A stretch of 64,000 nucleotides of DNA from Catajapyx aquilonaris (taxonomy: Eukaryota): NCBI GenBank assembly GCA_000934665.2, contig JYFJ02000422.1:1-64000 (forward strand). Direction: 5' to 3'. The number at the start of each line of letters is the position of its first letter. The stretch's first letter is position 1. Shown one piece after another: positions 57,101-64,000 of this stretch. The position numbers and the translations under genes were made by a program. Under the pieces are notes generated by a model, which had not been told where the DNA came from, did not search any database, and worked only from the letters and a program-made list of their open reading frames with translations.

Positions 57101-60100
57101 GAAAAAAAAAAGAAAATAAGAGAAGTCCAGGAAGGAAGGAGTGGAGGTCAGCCATTGGCGGAAGTTTATCGAGCTGACCCTTTATAATACTTCAACCTGC
57201 AGCCCCGCCTATTCGGACCTTTCACGCAACCCAATTCAAAAGGCCAACCGACGGCACGCGTCGTGAATTCAGAGAGCTTCATGCAAAATGTTGGTACCAA
57301 TTTTGAAAATGAGGAGACATTTTTTTTTTGTGAATGACTGAATAGAGAGAGAGAGAGAGAGAGGAAAAAAAATGGAGTTCCTGGTGTTGACTATATGTAA
57401 CCGGAGTTTGAATGAACGGAAGTGAAAATGAATGTGGTTTGTCGGTTTCCATAGTATTGAACTGGGGAGGTCAAAGGGAAGGTGACTTCATGCAAGAGGA
57501 ATAAGAACAGCGGCTTAATTTGTAGCTGCTTTTTTATATCTGTGAGTGTAAGTACCGTGTAGAGTTGGTAGATGATTATCCCGTGCATATCATGATGTGG
57601 GGTTTTATTATCGCCTGGTTTCTCATATGGTGTACCGTATTTTATATTACGTTTTTGTGAATGAGGATGTGTTGTCGGTGAACCGTAGCCATATTTTATT
57701 TTTAAATGTTTATCATTTGCGAAAATTACGTCGTAATCTGCTGGTTAACACATAGAGCTGGATTCATAAAACCGGTGCACCTTCTTTTTATTGCGTATTT
57801 TTGTGTCTAAAACATTGTTGATTAGCTATATACACACAAAAAAATGGTTAACTGCGACAACTTTTCTTGTACATTAATCTCCTGATTACTGAGTGGATTT
57901 TCCCAATGATACAGTCTTCCCAGTGAAAAGCTGTCGGAGTCACCAAGTTACTGCTTGTGTAAGTGTGCATTTCTTACGAAGGAAAATAAAATATTCTCAC
58001 CGATTTCTTACCTGCATTCGCACCTCCAATTGGGTGTGGATATTCCTGTGGATACAGTTGGTAAAATTAGTACATAAATATTCTACGAATATATTCGTCA
58101 ACTGGCAGCCCTGCATCGGTCGATGAAAATGGCTGCCTATAAAATACCAACAAGTGTTAACTGTCCATCGAGCGAATTATACAAGCAACATCGCAGCCAT
58201 CCTCGAGGAGAAAAATACATGACAAACACTTCTTCCTTGACCTAGGCCCAACCAAATCCCCCCCCATCCTGCGCCAATCAAATCCTCTCTCGTGTTGCAG
58301 TTCAAGGTCGTGGTTATGATGCCGTGAGGTAGGTAAGGGGCTTTGAAGGGAATTTAATTTGATGGCGTCAGAAGTAAGAAATGGAGGTCACTCTCACAGA
58401 CTAACATACAAAAAAAAAATGAAGCCACCACACCTGAAAACGGCCACATGGGAATTCCTTCCGGAACAGATGTGGGATTTTTATCTTACTTGTTAGGTAA
58501 CTCTGCAGTTGTTGTTTTCCAGGTTAGGTTACACTTGATTCCAGGCTCGTTAAGTAATTCCATACCGTGACAGGAATGAGTTCCCTGCGGTTTTGTATCG
58601 GTAGCAAACCGGTAGTCAACAGGGCAGAACTGGTTTGCCACCAGTGATTTTCAGTGGAGCAGGAACACGCGTTGATTTTTTTTTTTTCATATCGGAGGTA
58701 AAGGTGTATTACGCATGTGTTATGCTTGTACTTACAACTCATGCACGAAACGGATAATTTAAAAAAAAAATTATGCTCGTGTATGTCGCCTGCGTGCACA
58801 TAGTTAGGGGTGAAAAAAGTGTGTTTGTAATCTTACCGTTACGCTTGGCAAAATCTTGGTCGGCTGGTGCACGATAGGGTTGCACTTCAGATCTAGGGTA
58901 TGATGCCGTGGGGTAGGTAATGGGCAGAGGAGTCGGTTGCGTCAGGTGTTACTGTAACAGGTAACGGACTTGCATTCTAATGTAATACACAATGTGGCAC
59001 CTTACAGGCTGCGAATTTTTATTTGCACAAAATTGCGTTTTGTTAGGCCTGTCATGTCAGGATATGCTAAATATTCATAAAACATTCATGTTTGTTTTTC
59101 CAGCAATGATGTGCATGAAGGCAGATTTATTTTTGGTTTTTCAAAATGCAAATTCCGTTTTTGCTGGCTCTTTTGCATGCACACAGTTATTGTCACCTTG
59201 AGCACTAATGCAGCCGTGTAAGAAAAAATGTTAAGGAATTCGGTGGATCTCCTTATTGGGCACCACAAGCTACATGCTAACTACTAACTAATCATTCATT
59301 TTTATAAACAGTTTCATAAACATGGGTACGACACGATGAGACGTACACATTGCTATCAAAAAATAGGTCGCTTCAATCTAGTCTGTTATTTTCCTGCCAT
59401 GTAAACCGCTCCACAATTCAAACAAACAACAATCCCGACTCAGTGAAAGTTAAACAGTCTTATCCGGGAAACGAAGCCGAACAGTCAGCTCGGTCTTATA
59501 AAGCAACCTTACGACCCCCAAGTTTTTGGCCGGGGGAAGTTTGTAGACGAGTATAATAAGGAAACATACTTGGAAAAATACGTTATATGTGCTCGATTAT
59601 GTAACCAATCGTTTTTAGCTTATAAAACGAGGGGTTGGGGAAACCTAATTTGTCGGTTTTCCAGAAGTGAATTTCAACTTGAACCAATCATCGAGTATAT
59701 GTGTGTATCCGGGGAGATATGACGGAGGTGACCCCTCCATTAAAGCTGCTTACTAGCTCTGAGAGGTCTGAATCATTGTCACGAGCGGTCCAGCAGGCGA
59801 GCTGCCAGCGGAATGCTTCTCTTTCATTTCGCTTCCTCCCATATAAGTGCACTTCCGTTCCGAGATTTTGCTGTTGCCGGATGGTAAAATGGACCAGTTA
59901 CGTCAATTTTTCTATCATAGTTCCCAATTTGATGAATTTCGCCTAGCAAGTTAGTACTGATAGGCTGACGGTAACTAGGCCATAGTATGCATATGCTGTA
60001 GGGCTGATGCAATGTCTCGCATAAATGAAGTCAAAACTTGGACTAACTTGACGTCATTTGTGGTAAAATTTGAAGTTATTTGAATCATGACGTGAGAGGG

Positions 60101-63100
60101 CAGATGATGCACATTCCCACTAAGATCAGCCAACTGCACAATGCATCTGCTTCAACGCAGCAGGCTCACCAGAAATATGGATTTACATTACTGCTACGGT
60201 ATTGTAACAGGCAAAATGTGAAACAATTGCTTCGTAGCAATAGAGCAGGATTATTTATTTTTGCACTAGTCTTGCTTCATGTAATAGCTTAAAGCGGCAA
60301 AAGCGGAGTTATTACAGCTCATAATTGTTCAATTTAGAGCTTCTTAAAAGCAGTGTTTTTCAGGAAAAATAGGAGAGTGACCTTGGTACAAACAAGTTCA
60401 TCCTGATGTTTATGCAACGTGAACGACGTTCAGGTTCACTTGTAAGGCTGTTTCTAGAAGCACGTCATTCGTGCTTCATAATTCGCTTGCGGTGTTAACT
60501 TATTACTGGTGCTGCTTTATTGAGGGCACGGAAATTGGACTGCCTGTAATCTCGGGTTTTAATTAGGAAACTGTGGGCATGTGTGATTACGAGTTAAGAA
60601 AACTTTAATGAAACACCTTTGTCTCTTGCTGCATTGAGAAGCCGTGTCATGGCAAGTGGAGTCGAGGATGAATAGCTCCACAAATATCAAAACAAGTCAA
60701 TTAAACCGCAATTTGCGCAGTATTTCAGCTTTAAATTGCCATCTCCAACTTGGATAGGCCTCTTTGTACTAATTCTCAATATGTATTTGCAGAGGTTAGT
60801 ACATTACTTTTATTATCAATATACGTGCTTATGTCACAGTGTAGCTCAGATCACGTTTGTGTACGACTGACATGCACTAAAAGAATGTTAATTGTTGTTT
60901 TAAAAGAAGTGCTGGTCTCAGCTCGAGACCTGCGCTAAACAAGCTACCAGAGATATCATGTAGTGACACTCATTGAAATGTTATTGCAAGCAACGTCGGT
61001 TTTAGTACATTTTAAAATCTGGAATTTGCTCATAATCACATGCAGTCAGTTACTACCTCAAATATTAGCACATTCATAATGTCCACATACTCACCTTACC
61101 TACGTTCTCCAATAACATTTTCAAACCACCAATTAGCTTTGGGAATTTTCATATCATACAACCGTCATTTTATTGCGCATGTGTACTATTGAGGACATAT
61201 GCGTCACAGTTAGTATAGTCTGCTATTGTAATGATATTTCAGGACGATCAGAGTCACATTTTGGTAGAAATCACGTTAATCATTGTGGAAACCTTATGGA
61301 CCCAAATATTTGGATTTAGGTATAGTCTTTCTTCTAGTGGAAAGTTAAAAAGAGAGTAGTGCTAAATGTAATTTTTTTTTAAATAACAGCATATACGCAT
61401 GCGCAATGTACAGGCATATTGTGCTAGCTTCTCAAATTATTCCATCATGTCATCAGCTGTCCCTGCTGGCCGCAGGCCATCACAGCAGTCTCTGCAGCAG
61501 TGTCCAGTCTGACACATGACGATGTGATATATAGACACAGCCAAAAACGTCTGAAAATGGCAGGAAACGGCCCCTCTGGGCCTCTGTTATTAGGGCCACC
61601 ACTTTTGATATTCTGCCGACAGAAAACACTCTTACTTTCTACTCGTAAAGCCCCGAGTGACCCAAATACTTAATAGTGTATAACCTGGGAGGGAAGTCTG
61701 TGTGGGAGTGCAGGTGAGGTGGGGGGGGGGAGTGGAAGGGGATGGAGGAGGTAGGGAGCTGAATCTGATCTGTTGCTTTTGCAGGGGAATGCAGGAATTA
61801 GTTGAGACCTTCTCTACCCCGATAAGACAATCGGAGGAAATGGTCCGTATCTGGGGGATAAAACGAAAGGTCGTGTGTACGGGGGTCAAAGGGGAAAGGA
61901 GACGAGGGGACGAAGAGGGAAAGGCTGGGTAGGAATTAGTACGTTTCCTATATATTTCCTTTGTTTCTTTCATTATTTTGGCGTTTAGTCTTATTGCCAC
62001 TAAGCTACTGAGTTGAATCTGTGGGGAACATTCCGGATAAGGTCGGAATTTAATAGTGATTATTTCCATGTTCATTAGGAAATACCTTCTTGTTTGTTCA
62101 GCCTGACAAATATAATTATGTGCGGTTACAAAATTTATTGAGAATTAATTGGGGGTTTCTGCTGAAAAATTAATTAGAACTGGTATTCAGTTGGTGATGT
62201 AATCGCTGACATGCTGTCTATCGTGTGACTTTTTGGCCGCATGCCTCTTACCAGATCTTTCTGGAATGTACAACCCCAAGTCATTAGATAGACATTTTTC
62301 CCATCAATTTACCGGATATAGCGAGTAATAACCAAGCTAACGGATGAGTCGGGGAAAAAAAGCACGTCAATGTAAGCCTTATATAATCCCAAACACTATT
62401 ACGGGTTGGAAAATGACTATTATTACAGACTTTTGTCCTTATTTCCACCAGCAATCTTTCCAGAACGCTGCACTCGGACGACTATTTTGACCCACATTGC
62501 CAGCTTCCGTTAAAAAACAAACGCGCTGCTCACATTTTACACGAACATTTTTTTTTCTTTTTTGAGAAGGAAAGGTAGGTGGATAATGGGAGAGTGTTAG
62601 TTACGCTTTAATGAAAAATGGAAATTATTGTGTGGAGTAATGGCATAATGCCCATAGCCTTCTGGTGAGTTCAGGGTCACCTCTGAGTTGAGGGTGTGTC
62701 TGAACAGCAATTGGATTCGATTGGCGGATTGGCCTTTGGTGTCAGTGCTTTTTTTTATTCAAGTATAGCTGGCTTTTTAAAATCTGTGACCTCAACCCTT
62801 GTCGGCCTTAGCCCTGGATAACAGGGCAAGCGTCAGCTGCCTCTGCAGATCTATAGCTTTTTTTCGATGACAGTAAAAATCATGCTGGAGGTAAGACCTT
62901 GTAGAAGGTGACGCTTTATTATGTTCCGATTTACTGCAAGTACTTTGAAAGGCAAGTAGAAATGACTCATGACAGTACCGTGGCATAGGAGGTCAAATGT
63001 GAGCACCATACACGTCATTCTGCAGCAGTAATGTTCAACTCGACAACTCTCCTGCACTGCACACGTTGCCAAAGACTGTTCACAGAATTTTATGAGGTGC

Positions 63101-64000
63101 ATCGACACCTTCTCTAGCTTGTTTTTACTGGAGGCGTACCATTCGTGATGCTAAGAAAGAGACGGGTTATATCCTCGCAAAAGTACTATGAAGCAGTTGG
63201 TCCAGGAAATGGCGTATAGGAAAACAAGATACTGTATATAGATGGGGAGTTGCACGTGTCTAGATCTTTCTGTGGCCCCTTAGGTCACCTTGGGTGTGTA
63301 GATAGTACAAAATAGTACAATAGGGGCTGTCCTTCGAAGAAGCACCTCTGCTTCTGCATTCTTGTCATATTTTTAAGGGAAGCGCGCGCGGGAAAATATG
63401 ATCCGTTTTGATTGGTTCGCTAACGGAGGCGTGACTGGCAAGTGTCGGACGATCGGGTTTATTGGTGATATGCGATATCAGTGACCGGGATTGCGCTGGA
63501 AGAGATGAAAAAAAAATGAAGAAAAAAAAGTTTGAAAGAGATGCCTCACCTCTGCCTTGTAGTGGACAAGGTCACCCTGTTGTCCTGACGTCAACTTTTT
63601 CTCGAACGGTTGTCAACAAGTCACAAAAGGAAGCCTATTCTGATGCTTCCAGGGCACCGAATATAGATGCGGTTTTAGACCTCGAGTTGGCTTCGGGCAT
63701 TATGATGGGCCAGTTGGATAGTCGGCCCACTTTTTAAAAGTTGATTTGCCTATCTATGGACGACAATAACATTGATAGGAAGAATGGTCCGCGATATTAC
63801 GTGCTCCAGGGAGAGCAAGGACTATCAAATACACAAAAGGATCCAAGGTTTGAAAATTTATAGAATGGTGGTGACCCAAAGACGCTAACATTAGTCTACT
63901 CTACAGGGTATGACGGAGTTCGGATATGAATTTCATTTTATTCTAAAATCAAATCAGTATGACTTACCAATGCTCAGAATAATTAAAGATATGGGAAATG

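Noticed and set aside
58325..58340. TGAGGTAG resembling the let-7 5' end
   Set aside because: The rest does not match let-7, no precursor hairpin is evident, and the second repeat copy lacks the seed.

Overview
Eukaryotic (protostome, most likely arthropod) genomic DNA, not prokaryotic. It holds two genes in tandem on the + strand. (1) Eight coding exons of the stimulatory G-protein alpha subunit Galpha-s (GNAS orthologue), 13256-32703. Coding exon 1 was not found in the window, and a long TE-free 3' UTR probably runs to about 36.9 kb. (2) An intronless C/EBP bZIP gene (slbo/CEBPA-B-like), 40469-41476, followed by more than 22 kb of gene-poor, almost TE-free, CpG-rich DNA carrying many CRE and C/EBP motifs. 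The 5' Galpha-s introns are full of fold-back MITEs (Tc1/mariner-, Tigger/pogo-, piggyBac- and Kolobok-like) and tRNA-derived SINEs, several nested with intact target-site duplications. Most interesting signals: (a) the C/EBP mRNA seems to have the vertebrate-type translational isoform switch (out-of-frame uORF over the main AUG, strong-context in-frame CUG/GUG upstream, and an ATG-free stretch leading to an internal Met that would give a LIP/p30-like protein); (b) Galpha-s sits next to a CRE-rich cAMP-inducible effector gene, with a CpG-rich, bZIP-site-rich island inside an otherwise CpG-depleted Galpha-s intron, suggesting a genomic regulatory block; (c) a mariner-derived palindrome that still shows how a MITE arose.
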